64,000 nt of DNA, taken from positions 1,984,001-2,048,000 of the forward strand of contig OZ374564.1 in assembly GCA_977862235.1 (NCBI GenBank), in the 5' to 3' direction. Source of the DNA: Dudresnaya verticillata. Taxonomy: Eukaryota. The translations under genes and the position numbers were made by a program. Within the stretch, counting starts at the first letter, position 1. Each line of letters begins with the position of its first letter. Of the stretch, positions 45,901-59,868 are shown piece after piece. The notes beneath the pieces were generated by a model that was given only the letters and a program-made list of their open reading frames with translations, did not search any database and was not told the DNA's origin.

Positions 45901-48900
45901 GGTTAACGTCTTCGTTATCTGACGCGCTTGCAGCAGAGTCATTGTTCTCATTCGGCGGTGCCGTAGCGACGTGTTCCAAACGGGTTCTGACCCCTGGGGT
46001 AATGTCGTCGTTGGAGAAGGATTGCGAAGCGCGGTCGTCGGGATCGGCGGCGAAGGGCGAAAGCTCTGCCAACCCACGACTGCGTGACGCTGTGATCGTA
46101 CGCTCTTGCGGATCTCCCGCAGTATTCGAAGTCTCTTCGTCCCCCTCCAGGTCCGCTAGTGGCGTGCGTGGGGTAGTCGTCCCTTCGTCTTGTGACGTGG
46201 GGGCGGCTGCTTCCTGCTCCTCAGGCGGGCCTGGTGGTACGACGATTGGAGGGGCCGCCTGACCCGGTGGGGTCGGCGCCCAGACCACGCGGTCTCGGGA
46301 CAAACGTTCCCGCTCATCAGGTCCCTTGTCGACGGTTACCGTTTCGTTATCAACGTGGGTTACCCGGTACGGTCCGTCCGCCACTGGCGCCAGCTTATGC
46401 TTACGCTCTGCGCGATCGGTGCTCCCGCCTCGGGCGAAGTATTCCTTACGTACGAATACGAAGTCGCCCACGGCGATTGCTTCCTTCGATTTCCTTAATC
46501 GGGTATCGAAGTTTCGTTTGTAACGTGCTTGAGTTTTCGCTAACGACGCTTTAGCGGTTCCCATCAGTGCAGCCAGCCAGGTTCGCCACTTGGTGTCGTA
46601 TTGCCCCGCGGTGGGTACGCTTTCGAGCGAAGGTTCCGCTTCGAGCGACAGGGGCCGTGGTGGTTTAGACAGCACCAGTTCAAACGGAGCGAGATGCGTA
46701 GACGAATGCAACTGTGTGTTGTATGCGAACGTCAAGGCATCCGTGAACAGGTCCCAGTCTCTCGGATGATCCGCAACGTAGTGACGCAGCGAGGCCAGGA
46801 TAGTTCGATTAAATCGTTCTACCTGGCCATTGCATTGCGGATGGTACGTCGTGGTGAAGAGATTCTCCACTCCCAAAAGACGGCAGATATCCTGAAACAG
46901 CTTAGCCACAAACTGTGGTCCGTTGTCGGACAACAGTTTCTTGGGAGGACCGTACACGAAGACCCAATGTCGTACAAACGCCTTAGCGATTTCCAATGCC
47001 GTAATACTACGCAGTGGGACCGTCCAGACCAGCTTCGAGAACGTTGCGCCTGTTGTCGCCGGGGCTCGTAGCACCTGATCAGCCACTTGGCATTATTGCG
47101 TTCGTCGTGCGTTGACGGCGGGGTGGTGCGCGCCGCCGTGTTTGGGAATTAAAATTTTGACCAACTGTTGTTGCCTATTGCCCGAGGGGCGCCAGCGACG
47201 GATCTCGATTTGCGATCGGGATCCACTGTCAACAGCGCACCCATCCAGAGGTTCCGTATGGGGGCTGCTGCGAGGTGGCGTGCGCGAGGCCGTCTATGAC
47301 GCAACGACTTGCGTCCGCGTTCGTCCCTGGCGTGCATACGTGTTTGGCGCTGTCGCTCTGGCGACCGCGTCCACAGGCCATGGGTTGAGCTTCCGCGCCT
47401 TTGGTGATCGTAGGTTGAGCACGCGGTCTGGATCGTCCGTCTATTCGCTTCCAGCGGTGGTTGTGGATTAGGGTTAGCCTCGCTGCGCGTCGTTGACGTT
47501 TGGCGGCAGCTGCGTTCGTTTTCGACGGTGGTATCTTGTGACGTGGGATCGCGGCAAACTGGAGACTGGCTCCCAGGTGTTCGCTGAAGCGGGGTATCCA
47601 AACCATTTGACGCTGTAGAGGATCTCACCATCATCCGCGTACGCGTGCGACTCGATGCGGTCGATCACGTATTCTTTCCCGCTCACAGCGTTTGGCTTCG
47701 TCGTGTGCCTTTCCAGCGCCTTGGGCGGTTCTTCTAGTTGCGTGATGGGCGTCTTTTCCGGTTCGGTGAACCATACTCGACGAGTTCATCGCCGAAGGCG
47801 TTGGCTTTGGGCCTCGGACGCTCCGTCAGCGGTAAGTGGGTTGCTGCGTCTTGGGACGGGTCCATCGCTTGCAGCGCCTTGCTTCGTGCTTGCACGGTTA
47901 ACGTCTTCGTTATCGGACGTGCTTGCACGGTTAACGTCTTCGTTATCTGACGCGCTTGCAGCAGAGTCATTGTTCTCATTCGGCGGTGCCGTAGCGACGT
48001 GTTCCAAACGGGTTCTGACCCCTGGGGTAATGTCGTCGTTGGAGAAGGATTGCGAAGCGCGGTCGTCGGGATCGGCGGCGAAGGGCGAAAGCTCTGCCAA
48101 CCCACGACTGCGTGACGCTGTGATCGTACGCTCTTGCGGATCTCCCGCAGTATTCGAAGTCTCTTCGTCCCCCTCCAGGTCCGCTAGTGGCGTGCGTGGG
48201 GTAGTCGTCCCTTCGTCTTGTGACGTGGGGGCGGCTGCTTCCTGCTCCTCAGGCGGGCCTGGTGGTACGACGATTGGAGGGGCCGCCTGACCCGGTGGGG
48301 TCGGCGCCCAGACCACGCGGTCTCGGGACAAACGTTCCCGCTCATCAGGTCCCTTGTCGACGGTTACCGTTTCGTTATCAACGTGGGTTACCCGGTACGG
48401 TCCGTCCGCCACTGGCGCCAGCTTATGCTTACGCTCTGCGCGATCGGTGCTCCCGCCTCGGGCGAAGTATTCCTTACGTACGAATACGAAGTCGCCCACG
48501 GCGATTGCTTCCTTCGATTTCCTTAATCGGGTATCGAAGTTTCGTTTGTAACGTGCTTGAGTTTTCGCTAACGACGCTTTAGCGGTTCCCATCAGTGCAG
48601 CCAGCCAGGTTCGCCACTTGGTGTCGTATTGCCCCGCGGTGGGTACGCTTTCGAGCGAAGGTTCCGCTTCGAGCGACAGGGGCCGTGGTGGTTTAGACAG
48701 CACCAGTTCAAACGGAGCGAGATGCGTAGACGAATGCAACTGTGTGTTGTATGCGAACGTCAAGGCATCCGTGAACAGGTCCCAGTCTCTCGGATGATCC
48801 GCAACGTAGTGACGCAGCGAGGCCAGGATAGTTCGATTAAATCGTTCTACCTGGCCATTGCATTGCGGATGGTACGTCGTGGTGAAGAGATTCTCCACTC

Positions 48901-51900
48901 CCAAAAGACGGCAGATATCCTGAAACAGCTTAGCCACAAACTGTGGTCCGTTGTCGGACAACAGTTTCTTGGGAGGACCGTACACGAAGACCCAATGTCG
49001 TACAAACGCCTTAGCGATTTCCAATGCCGTAATACTACGCAGTGGGACCGTCCAGACCAGCTTCGAGAACGTTGCGCCTGTTGTCGCCGGGGCTCGTAGC
49101 ACCTGATCAGCCACTTGGCATTATTGCGTTCGTCGTGCGTTGACGGCGGGGTGGTGCGCGCCGCCGTGTTTGGGAATTAAAATTTTGACCAACTGTTGTT
49201 GCCTATTGCCCGAGGGGCGCCAGCGACGGATCTCGATTTGCGATCGGGATCCACTGTCAACAGCGCACCCATCCAGAGGTTCCGTATGGGGGCTGCTGCG
49301 AGGTGGCGTGCGCGAGGCCGTCTATGACGCAACGACTTGCGTCCGCGTTCGTCCCTGGCGTGCATACGTGTTTGGCGCTGTCGCTCTGGCGACCGCGTCC
49401 ACAGGCCATGGGTTGAGCTTCCGCGCCTTTGGTGATCGTAGGTTGAGCACGCGGTCTGGATCGTCCGTCTATTCGCTTCCAGCGGTGGTTGTGGATTAGG
49501 GTTAGCCTCGCTGCGCGTCGTTGACGTTTGGCGGCAGCTGCGTTCGTTTTCGACGGTGGTATCTTGTGACGTGGGATCGCGGCAAACTGGAGACTGGCTC
49601 CCAGGTGTTCGCTGAAGCGGGGTATCCAAACCATTTGACGCTGTAGAGGATCTCACCATCATCCGCGTACGCGTGCGACTCGATGCGGTCGATCACGTAT
49701 TCTTTCCCGCTCACAGCGTTTGGCTTCGTCGTGTGCCTTTCCAGCGCCTTGGGCGGTTCTTCTAGTTGCGTGATGGGCGTCTTTTCCGGTTCGGTGAACC
49801 ATACTCGACGAGTTCATCGCCGAAGGCGTTGGCTTTGGGCCTCGGACGCTCCGTCAGCGGTAAGTGGGTTGCTGCGTCTTGGGACGGGTCCATCGCTTGC
49901 AGCGCCTTGCTTCGTGCTTGCACGGTTAACGTCTTCGTTATCGGACGTGCTTGCACGGTTAACGTCTTCGTTATCTGACGCGCTTGCAGCAGAGTCATTG
50001 TTCTCATTCGGCGGTGCCGTAGCGACGTGTTCCAAACGGGTTCTGACCCCTGGGGTAATGTCGTCGTTGGAGAAGGATTGCGAAGCGCGGTCGTCGGGAT
50101 CGGCGGCGAAGGGCGAAAGCTCTGCCAACCCACGACTGCGTGACGCTGTGATCGTACGCTCTTGCGGATCTCCCGCAGTATTCGAAGTCTCTTCGTCCCC
50201 CTCCAGGTCCGCTAGTGGCGTGCGTGGGGTAGTCGTCCCTTCGTCTTGTGACGTGGGGGCGGCTGCTTCCTGCTCCTCAGGCGGGCCTGGTGGTACGACG
50301 ATTGGAGGGGCCGCCTGACCCGGTGGGGTCGGCGCCCAGACCACGCGGTCTCGGGACAAACGTTCCCGCTCATCAGGTCCCTTGTCGACGGTTACCGTTT
50401 CGTTATCAACGTGGGTTACCCGGTACGGTCCGTCCGCCACTGGCGCCAGCTTATGCTTACGCTCTGCGCGATCGGTGCTCCCGCCTCGGGCGAAGTATTC
50501 CTTACGTACGAATACGAAGTCGCCCACGGCGATTGCTTCCTTCGATTTCCTTAATCGGGTATCGAAGTTTCGTTTGTAACGTGCTTGAGTTTTCGCTAAC
50601 GACGCTTTAGCGGTTCCCATCAGTGCAGCCAGCCAGGTTCGCCACTTGGTGTCGTATTGCCCCGCGGTGGGTACGCTTTCGAGCGAAGGTTCCGCTTCGA
50701 GCGACAGGGGCCGTGGTGGTTTAGACAGCACCAGTTCAAACGGAGCGAGATGCGTAGACGAATGCAACTGTGTGTTGTATGCGAACGTCAAGGCATCCGT
50801 GAACAGGTCCCAGTCTCTCGGATGATCCGCAACGTAGTGACGCAGCGAGGCCAGGATAGTTCGATTAAATCGTTCTACCTGGCCATTGCATTGCGGATGG
50901 TACGTCGTGGTGAAGAGATTCTCCACTCCCAAAAGACGGCAGATATCCTGAAACAGCTTAGCCACAAACTGTGGTCCGTTGTCGGACAACAGTTTCTTGG
51001 GAGGACCGTACACGAAGACCCAATGTCGTACAAACGCCTTAGCGATTTCCAATGCCGTAATACTACGCAGTGGGACCGTCCAGACCAGCTTCGAGAACGT
51101 TGCGCCTGTTGTCGCCGGGGCTCGTAGCACCTGATCAGCCACTTGGCATTATTGCGTTCGTCGTGCGTTGACGGCGGGGTGGTGCGCGCCGCCGTGTTTG
51201 GGAATTAAAATTTTGACCAACTGTTGTTGCCTATTGCCCGAGGGGCGCCAGCGACGGATCTCGATTTGCGATCGGGATCCACTGTCAACAGCGCACCCAT
51301 CCAGAGGTTCCGTATGGGGGCTGCTGCGAGGTGGCGTGCGCGAGGCCGTCTATGACGCAACGACTTGCGTCCGCGTTCGTCCCTGGCGTGCATACGTGTT
51401 TGGCGCTGTCGCTCTGGCGACCGCGTCCACAGGCCATGGGTTGAGCTTCCGCGCCTTTGGTGATCGTAGGTTGAGCACGCGGTCTGGATCGTCCGTCTAT
51501 TCGCTTCCAGCGGTGGTTGTGGATTAGGGTTAGCCTCGCTGCGCGTCGTTGACGTTTGGCGGCAGCTGCGTTCGTTTTCGACGGTGGTATCTTGTGACGT
51601 GGGATCGCGGCAAACTGGAGACTGGCTCCCAGGTGTTCGCTGAAGCGGGGTATCCAAACCATTTGACGCTGTAGAGGATCTCACCATCATCCGCGTACGC
51701 GTGCGACTCGATGCGGTCGATCACGTATTCTTTCCCGCTCACAGCGTTTGGCTTCGTCGTGTGCCTTTCCAGCGCCTTGGGCGGTTCTTCTAGTTGCGTG
51801 ATGGGCGTCTTTTCCGGTTCGGTGAACCATACTCGACGAGTTCATCGCCGAAGGCGTTGGCTTTGGGCCTCGGACGCTCCGTCAGCGGTAAGTGGGTTGC

Positions 51901-53125
51901 TGCGTCTTGGGACGGGTCCATCGCTTGCAGCGCCTTGCTTCGTGCTTGCACGGTTAACGTCTTCGTTATCGGACGTGCTTGCACGGTTAACGTCTTCGTT
52001 ATCTGACGCGCTTGCAGCAGAGTCATTGTTCTCATTCGGCGGTGCCGTAGCGACGTGTTCCAAACGGGTTCTGACCCCTGGGGTAATGTCGTCGTTGGAG
52101 AAGGATTGCGAAGCGCGGTCGTCGGGATCGGCGGCGAAGGGCGAAAGCTCTGCCAACCCACGACTGCGTGACGCTGTGATCGTACGCTCTTGCGGATCTC
52201 CCGCAGTATTCGAAGTCTCTTCGTCCCCCTCCAGGTCCGCTAGTGGCGTGCGTGGGGTAGTCGTCCCTTCGTCTTGTGACGTGGGGGCGGCTGCTTCCTG
52301 CTCCTCAGGCGGGCCTGGTGGTACGACGATTGGAGGGGCCGCCTGACCCGGTGGGGTCGGCGCCCAGACCACGCGGTCTCGGGACAAACGTTCCCGCTCA
52401 TCAGGTCCCTTGTCGACGGTTACCGTTTCGTTATCAACGTGGGTTACCCGGTACGGTCCGTCCGCCACTGGCGCCAGCTTATGCTTACGCTCTGCGCGAT
52501 CGGTGCTCCCGCCTCGGGCGAAGTATTCCTTACGTACGAATACGAAGTCGCCCACGGCGATTGCTTCCTTCGATTTCCTTAATCGGGTATCGAAGTTTCG
52601 TTTGTAACGTGCTTGAGTTTTCGCTAACGACGCTTTAGCGGTTCCCATCAGTGCAGCCAGCCAGGTTCGCCACTTGGTGTCGTATTGCCCCGCGGTGGGT
52701 ACGCTTTCGAGCGAAGGTTCCGCTTCGAGCGACAGGGGCCGTGGTGGTTTAGACAGCACCAGTTCAAACGGAGCGAGATGCGTAGACGAATGCAACTGTG
52801 TGTTGTATGCGAACGTCAAGGCATCCGTGAACAGGTCCCAGTCTCTCGGATGATCCGCAACGTAGTGACGCAGCGAGGCCAGGATAGTTCGATTAAATCG
52901 TTCTACCTGGCCATTGCATTGCGGATGGTACGTCGTGGTGAAGAGATTCTCCACTCCCAAAAGACGGCAGATATCCTGAAACAGCTTAGCCACAAACTGT
53001 GGTCCGTTGTCGGACAACAGTTTCTTGGGAGGACCGTACACGAAGACCCAATGTCGTACAAACGCCTTAGCGATTTCCAATGCCGTAATACTACGCAGTG
53101 GGACCGTCCAGACCAGCTTCGAGAA
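42986..53125 (-). repeat. Five tandem copies of a 2028-bp unit (integrase core + linker + chromodomain + 3' flank)
   Basis: Identical ORF sets at +2028 offsets; junction ttcgagaAcgttgcg at 45013, 47041, 49069 and 51097. Confidence 0.97.
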
Positions 53126-56100
53126 GCGGTCCACAATGACGAGTAGGAACTTGTTCCCTCGCTTCGTGCGTATGAGTTCGCCCAGGATGTCGATCGATAC
53201 GAATTCGAGAGGCTCGGTTGCCGGGAACAACTTCAATTGCTTGGCGTTCTCTCGCAGCAATACGCGATTCTTAGCGCAGGTTACGCAGTTGCGGGCGGTC
53301 GCATAGCAGTCCACTGGCATCGATGGCCAATAGTATTCGCGTCGAAGCGTATGATACAACTTACGCCCCCCTGGGTGCCCTGCCAACTTGGCGTGGTGCC
53401 GGAGGTGGAGTAAGCGAGCGCGTAACGCGGAGGGTACGACCACTTGCGGACGGACTTCCACTGTTCGGACCAATAGGCCCTGCTCATCCGTTGCGAACGG
53501 TAAGATGATACCGTCATCCAGACGTTTCCTGACATCGCTACAGTACGTGTTATCGCCTTGGGCGTGTACCAACTCTTCATGCGTCACTTGACGAAGGGGT
53601 ACCTCCTCCGCCGGTGGCTTGTTGTTGATCAACACTTGGTCGAACTCTTCGAACTCTCGTTCGGCGAAGTCGACCTCGCCTTCGGCGTCTGACTGATCGT
53701 CTGGTGACGTTTGATGGCCGTCTTCGACGTAGCTTCCGTGATAGCACGGTATATCATCGTCAATGGGCTCGACGGTTTCTCCCTTCGTCTGCAGACGCGA
53801 AAGGGCATCTGCCTGAGTATTCAGGTACCCCTTTTTGTACTTCACGACAAAGTCGAACTCGGAAAGGCGGAGGCGCCAACGCATTAACCGTCCAGGGGGG
53901 TCGCTGATTTCCATCAGCCACCTCAATGACGAATGGTCCGTATGGACTGTGAACGACTCCATCTGGAGGTAAGGTCGCAGCGTCATGACGGACCATACTA
54001 CTGCGAGGCACTCCTTTTCGGAGACCGAGTAGTTACGCTCTGGAGCGGTGAGCGAGCGGGACCAGAAGCCGAGCGGCTTACGTTCCCCGTCGGGCTGCGT
54101 CTGAAAGAGCGCGCAGCCGACCTGATACTCGCTTGCGTCACAATCGACGGAATAGGGGAGACCCTGCTGTGGTAGCGCCAGTATAGGCGGATGAGTCACG
54201 GCCTCGACGAGCGTACTGAACGCTTTGGCTTGCATCTCATCAAACGGTTGTAACCGAAAGTCCTGTTCCTTCCTCAGCAACTTGTTGAGGGGGGCAGCGA
54301 CATGCGCGTATCGCGAGACGAACCGTCTGTAGACGTTACAAAGGCCGAGGAAACTCCGCAGCTCCTTCTGATCCCGTGGATGCTTGGCCTCGCGTAGCGC
54401 GGCAGTGACAGTTCGGTCAACTTCTAACCGTCCTGGACGTATGACGTGTCCTAAGTAGTTGACGGTCGGGGTGAAGAAGTCACACTTGGTCAACTTCAGA
54501 GTCACCCCGGCTCGGTGCAATGTCGAAAGGATCTCGTCAACATGACGGAAGTGGCTGTCGATGTCGCTGGAGAAGATTATTACGTCATCGAGATAGACGA
54601 GGCACGAACGCCACTTGTAACCAGCGAGTAGTATGTCCAACGTTCGTTGAAACGTAGCGGGTGCGTTCGTGAGACCGAATGGCATACGCTTATAGCGAAA
54701 CAGCCCGGCGTGGCACGTGAACGCAGTCTTATCGCGGTCTCGCGGATTGATCGGCACTTGCCAGTACCCACTGTTACAGTCTAGGGTGGTGAAGACGTTT
54801 GCTTCCCCTAGACTGTCAATGCATTCGTCGATACGCGGCAGCGGGTACGTGTCCCGTATGGTTACTGTGTTTAAACGACGGTAGTCTACGCAAAAGCGGA
54901 GGGTCCCGTCCTTCTTGGGGGCGAAGACCACTGGTGACGCCCACGGCGATTGAGCGGGTTCGATAACCCCTTGACGCAGCATGCGGTCCACTTCCGCTTG
55001 AGCGAGTTGTCTTAGCTTCGGCCCGCTCGGTAGGGCGGGGACGATATCGGTCTAGAACCGGGAAGCAAGTCGATGTAGTGCTCCGTGGTTGAGATTTCTC
55101 CCAACGACCCGTCCCACATAGACGAATACTTGCGCAACATCTCCTTGAGCCGGCCTTGATGCTCGGCGGGGAGATGTCCCAGGTCTAAATCGTCTACTGA
55201 GGGAGGTTTGGCAGTGGTTGCCTCGATAGACTTCGTGAAAGTATCCGGCTGTGCCGTAGTGTTATCGTTCGTTTGAAAACGGAAATCTTGGTTTGCCTTC
55301 TCTTCCTCGGCTTGTTCCTCTGTGAGGCCCAAAACATCGGCTAGACTTACGTGACTGGGGAACACTGCTGTCGGATGTGGTAATGCCGTCGCGACGACTT
55401 GGCCTTTGGCCAGCGCCTGCGGGCGGGGGGAGAAGTTGGCAACCAGAATGCGAAACGCTTTAAGCGGCTCTACTTGAGCAATCCCGTTCGTAACGGCCAG
55501 ACCTTGTTTGTCGTACAGCGTTCCGAACGGTTGAATTGTGATGATGCCGGCGCGCTCGGTGGTCACCGATACCCATTGCTGCGCCTTAGGCGGGATGATC
55601 GCGCGCTCGGCAACTCGGATCTTGGGCGACGTCCTCCCTTCGGCCTTGCCGTATTCCTGTTCCGTTGGTAACGGAGGATACGACGGGGGTCGGTGCAGCG
55701 GGCGGCGCGTTATAGGGACGCGAGTCCCGTCATCCAATTCAACCTCGCGACTTCGCGGATATATTGCTTCGACAAAGCGGTCGCAAAAGTCGCAGCCGAG
55801 TATAACCGGCGCAGCGAGTCGTTCGCAAACGATCCGTTCCAACTTGACGACTCTCCGTCCTAGACGAACGACCAGGTCGATGGTGCCTCTTGTCTGGATC
55901 GCCTTATTGTTGGCGTCGGCTATGACGGGGAGGCTCTTTGCCACGATGCGTGGTCGCGCTTCCAGCGGAATGTCGTCGATGCGAATGAAATTCGGACCAG
56001 CCCCCGTGTCGAGGACAGTGAGTTTACGTGCCAAGGTACTAACGGTTACGCCCAAATCGGCGTACACCTTATAGTTCCTTTTGGACATTACGAACAACTG

Positions 56101-56289
56101 TCCTCGCGCCTGTGTGGGTTGGTACCTTCACCATGGGCGTTTTAATGACGTCTGTGACGACTCTATCCGCCCGTCGGCGTCATCAGTAACTAACTTCGGG
56201 CCCTCCTTCCGTGTCAGCACCCGAGGCCTAGGCCGCTCTTCGCGGTGCGACACCCCAGTGTCAGGATTTGGTGCCCGAGTTAGTTTTTC
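51530..56289 (-). pseudogene. pol: pol of element B: PR, RT, RNase H, integrase, chromodomain (disrupted)
   Basis: LDTGAG; YLDD; CDAS/TDH; HHCC, IDIL/SDNG/VERFN; chromodomain YSVKWFGY...NTWEP; stops at 56128 and 51842, frameshift ~55020. Confidence 0.95.
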
Positions 56290-58841
56290 GCCTGCGGCGG
56301 TGGTTGCGGCGCTACATAGCGGTTGATCTTCGTCGGGTGACGTTCGGCCGCGTGCGGCATGGGTCCGCCCCGTGGCGATTGTGGTCGTGCAGCACGGCGA
56401 GCAGCGTCGCGAGTCGCGCGTTCCTTGCAACGTACATACGCATCAGCGGGGACACCAGCCTTCTCGGCCTCGGTTAGTCCTTCATAGTTGGTAATAACCT
56501 TCATGAAGTCGCTCATGCGGAGGAAGCAGTCCGGCGCGATGTGTCCGCGGGCGTAGCATTGGTGGCATACCAGCTGCCGACGCCCGTCTTGACGGGGCGG
56601 GCCTCTGTCCTGCCATCCGGGCCTTGCTCGGTGAACGTGAGGAGCATACTCGGAATAGGGGACGCGTGGCGCGGGGACGACCGGGCGCCCAAAGGCGAGA
56701 GCAGGGTCCATATCCCTTTCGTCTTCGTCATCGACGTAACTGTCCGTCGGTAGAGCCGAGGTTGGCACCGACGCTTGTTCATCTGCCAAGTACAGATCGC
56801 CTTCGGCGTGTGTTGCCATGTCATCGACAGGGCGACTAACGTCTCGGAACTCGACGGAGGACTCCGCTATCATAGCGCGCGCTCCAGGCTTGGCGCCTCT
56901 CGTCTGTGGACGCAGTACCCCCCGTGCATCGCCGGTGGCGTTTCGCGGTGTGCGTGTGGCTTGAGCCGGTGTCAGTAAGTCGCGTCGTGCTGACGTGGAA
57001 CCGGCTCTGCCGTGTCGTGCGCGGTTGGCGTCCCCTTCGTCCTGTGCGAAGTGGACCAACCGCTCAAATGACAACTTCGCCCTTGGCGTTTCTTCTCGGA
57101 GGCGAGCGACCAGGGACCTGATCGACGGGTCTAACCCGTCGATATACAGCGTCATCTTCTCCCAGTCTGGATATACGTTACCGCAACGAATACACGCACC
57201 GGCTAGCCGCATCCCATAGGTCGTCTCGTCCTCACCTTTCTCCTGGGCCGTCTACCGTAAGGTGAGGACTGCGTCCCTGATCACCGCTGGTGTAGCATAT
57301 GTACGGAGGAGGTACTGTACCGCCTCCGGATACGAAGACACCCCGCCGCGGTGGCGAGAAGACGTCGACTTGACGGAGCGGAATTGCGTGGCTGCCGCAC
57401 CTCGCAGGAAGTACGGCAGCGCAACGAATGCTTGGGCTTCGCTCATCTCCAGCGTATCGGCTTCATCCGCGTAACGCGTCAGAAACTCGAGGACCATGAC
57501 GGGGTCGCTGCCGTTGAAGGCGGCGTCCTTCATGGTCAGTTCCAATCGCTTAATATGGTCCTTGACCTTACCCGTGTCGCGCCCTGAGCGTTTTTGCCTT
57601 ACGTCTTTGAGACGGTACGTCCTGTACGATAATAACTGATCGAAAAGGGGGTTGGAGGGGCGTAGCTCCTTCAACCCCTTGAACCGCTTTCCGCGAGGTC
57701 TTGCGGCACTGCCGGTAGTTGGGAAGTCGTCGTCCTCAGAAGAAGAGTCTGATGACTCTCCGTCACTTGATGAGTCCGACGAGGACGAGGATGAGTCCCC
57801 TCGTCGATGAAGATTCTTCTTCCGTCTCTGACGCAACTTACGACGGCGCTTCTTGCGATCCTTACGTCTGTGACGATCTTCGCATGAGCTCTCGTCATCC
57901 GACGGCGGACCATTGCGCCACTTGGCGGTTTCGAGACGCTCTAAGCGAATCGCAAGTCGCTGAAAGCGTTCGCGTGAGCTGAGCTCAGAATGCGAATGAA
58001 CCGTTACTGCCGGCGGTGGTTGTGTACCCTCGCCTTGGGCGTTTTGGTTCGTCAATAGACGGTCGAGGTCGGCTCGGAGCCCTTGTAGGGCACCGTTCCG
58101 ATCCTCTTCCAACGTCTGTAGACGACTTGCGATTCCTCCGACACTGTCGTCTAGCAACCCGGCGAATCTAGCGAGTATCGCATCGTCCTCCAAGACGCAC
58201 ACCTCTCGGATCCGTTCGCGTGGTATCGTTAAGTTACCCACGCGGACGGCCGAGGGTGACGCTGTTGGCGGTTGGCTTTCGCGGTTTGACCGGTCGGGCG
58301 TCCCTTGCGCCTTTTGACTTGGCGAATTCGGCTTAGCCGGCGAACAGCCGGCACTGCCGTGGGGAGTGGGGCAACATGCCCCTTGTGTCAATGGTTCGTC
58401 AGCGACGTTGCGCTCCGCGGAGTGCGCTTGATCGTCGTTGACGGGGATGGTTGGTTGATCCGGAAGTTCCGGTTGTCCCGCGACGATGTCGGCTTGTGTT
58501 CCGTCTACGACGTCCTGTTGCTCGGCTTGTACTGTATCAGCCGAGTCAACATAGGAGCGGTAGGGGCGGAGGGGCGATCCCTCGGGGACGGAGGTGCGGA
58601 TGACGACGGGGTTGCGCGTCGGCGGGGGAGGTAACTCTCCTCCGTTGAGCGACGCGTGGGAGCCTGCGTGGCCATGTCCCGGGGGTAGCGTCGGGAACGC
58701 CGACGCGATCTCGGGACTCACGAGGCGCCCAGACCTCGTTGTCATCCGCTGTAGTGACGTCTCAGACGCGGGTACACTCCCAGGCGTCGAAGACGGTCTT
58801 CTTGAACTTGGGCCTCGCGACGGCGGCGGTCGTGAGGCCAT
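56280..58841 (-). pseudogene. gag: gag of element B (single in-frame TAG at 57252-57254)
   Basis: Two same-frame ORFs homologous to A gag (GLKELRPSNP.F.QLLSYR.YRL); CCHC knuckle CHQCYARGHIAPDC. Confidence 0.92.
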
Positions 58842-58949
58842 GATACAATCGTAGAGTTGCCTAAACGTCGTGGACGATTAGCGACAATCGTCTGAAGACG
58901 GAGAGTCGGACGTCGCACGACGGGGGGAACTCGTTGAAACGTAGCACAA

Positions 58950-58967
58950 TTCTAGGTCGGGAGACCA
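58950..58967 (-). promoter_or_regulatory. Primer-binding site of element B (identical to A's)
   Basis: Reverse complement TGGTCTCCCGACCTAGAA 2 nt inside the 5' LTR boundary. Confidence 0.85.
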
Positions 58968-58969
58968 GA

Positions 58970-59866
58970 TGTGGTGCAAACGTCTGAAGACGATGAACCA
59001 CCGAGCAGTTCGGGGCTCGGTGGGTAGCTGCGCCCTCGGCGGTAGGTAGACCCGCCGTGGGCGACTTGGTGGTAGAGCAAAAGGAACACGCCTTGGGCGG
59101 ACTGTAAACGCCCGAGGCGGAAAGAGAGGGAAAAGGGAAAGAGAAAGGGAACACGTCAAAGACGATGGTAGACGTGGAAGCACGGGAGGTAGACGCTTAG
59201 CCGTAGGCAGCGGTAGAATGCGCGCGTGCGGAACGGGGAAGTCTGGACCAAGGCCGGCTTGCCCGGGCGTTTACTGTGACGTCTGGGACGGCTTACCTAA
59301 GTATAGTACGGCGGCGCGGCGGCGTGCGTGTAGCGCGGGAACTCGGGACACGTGTCGTCCCGAGGCGCGTCTGACAGATCACGCGTCGCATGCAGCCGCG
59401 CGTCTGATAGATCGCCGTACAATCCCCTGTGTGGGTGCTTACACGTACATGTGGACGCGTGTGTCTTACAGCCGCGCGTGCGCGCGCACTGTAGAACGTG
59501 CGCCTCGGATCTAATCCGGTACTTGTCCGATCCTGATCCCATCCGGATCGGGCCAGCAATGCGAGCACCCGCAGCCTTACAGGCGCGTATCTTACAGCTT
59601 AGGCGATCCAGATAGCCAATCTGGATGCCGGATCCGGATCGCATCCGGATCCGTGTTACAGTGCCCCGGGGCGCCAGGTCGGCCCGGCACCATACAGTGC
59701 CCTCGTAGCGCGCGGCGCGCAGTGCGCGCGCGCGCCTCAGCAAGCCGTCGATGACGTGTTCGCGCGCCAACGGCGGTGGTGAGCGCCGGTGGCGGTTTCT
59801 CCGTCGGTCGACGTATTTGGCCTGCCCGCTTTCAGCGAAAAAGGGCTCGCCTCCCCTTGCACCACA
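58970..59866 (-). repeat. 5' LTR of element B (897 bp)
   Basis: TG...CA ends with 10-bp inverted repeat; adjacent to PBS and TSD. Confidence 0.93.
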
Positions 59867-59868
59867 CG

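Larger units (their letters stand above)
40419..59866 (-). mobile_element. Element B: chromodomain-bearing Ty3/gypsy LTR retrotransposon nested in element A
   Basis: Termini TGTGGTGCAA...TTGCACCACA (10-bp inverted repeat); TSD CGTGT at 40414-40418 and 59867-59871; PBS 58950-58967; gag-pol on the minus strand. Confidence 0.96.

Noticed and set aside
42986..53125. Repeated + strand ORFs (119, 211, 120, 156 aa)
   Set aside because: Antisense shadows of integrase and linker, repeated only because the DNA is repeated
59505..59655. GATCCGG-rich palindromic cluster in B's LTR (similar words at ~60880-60925)
   Set aside because: Low-complexity self-complementary words; no alignable homology or function supportable
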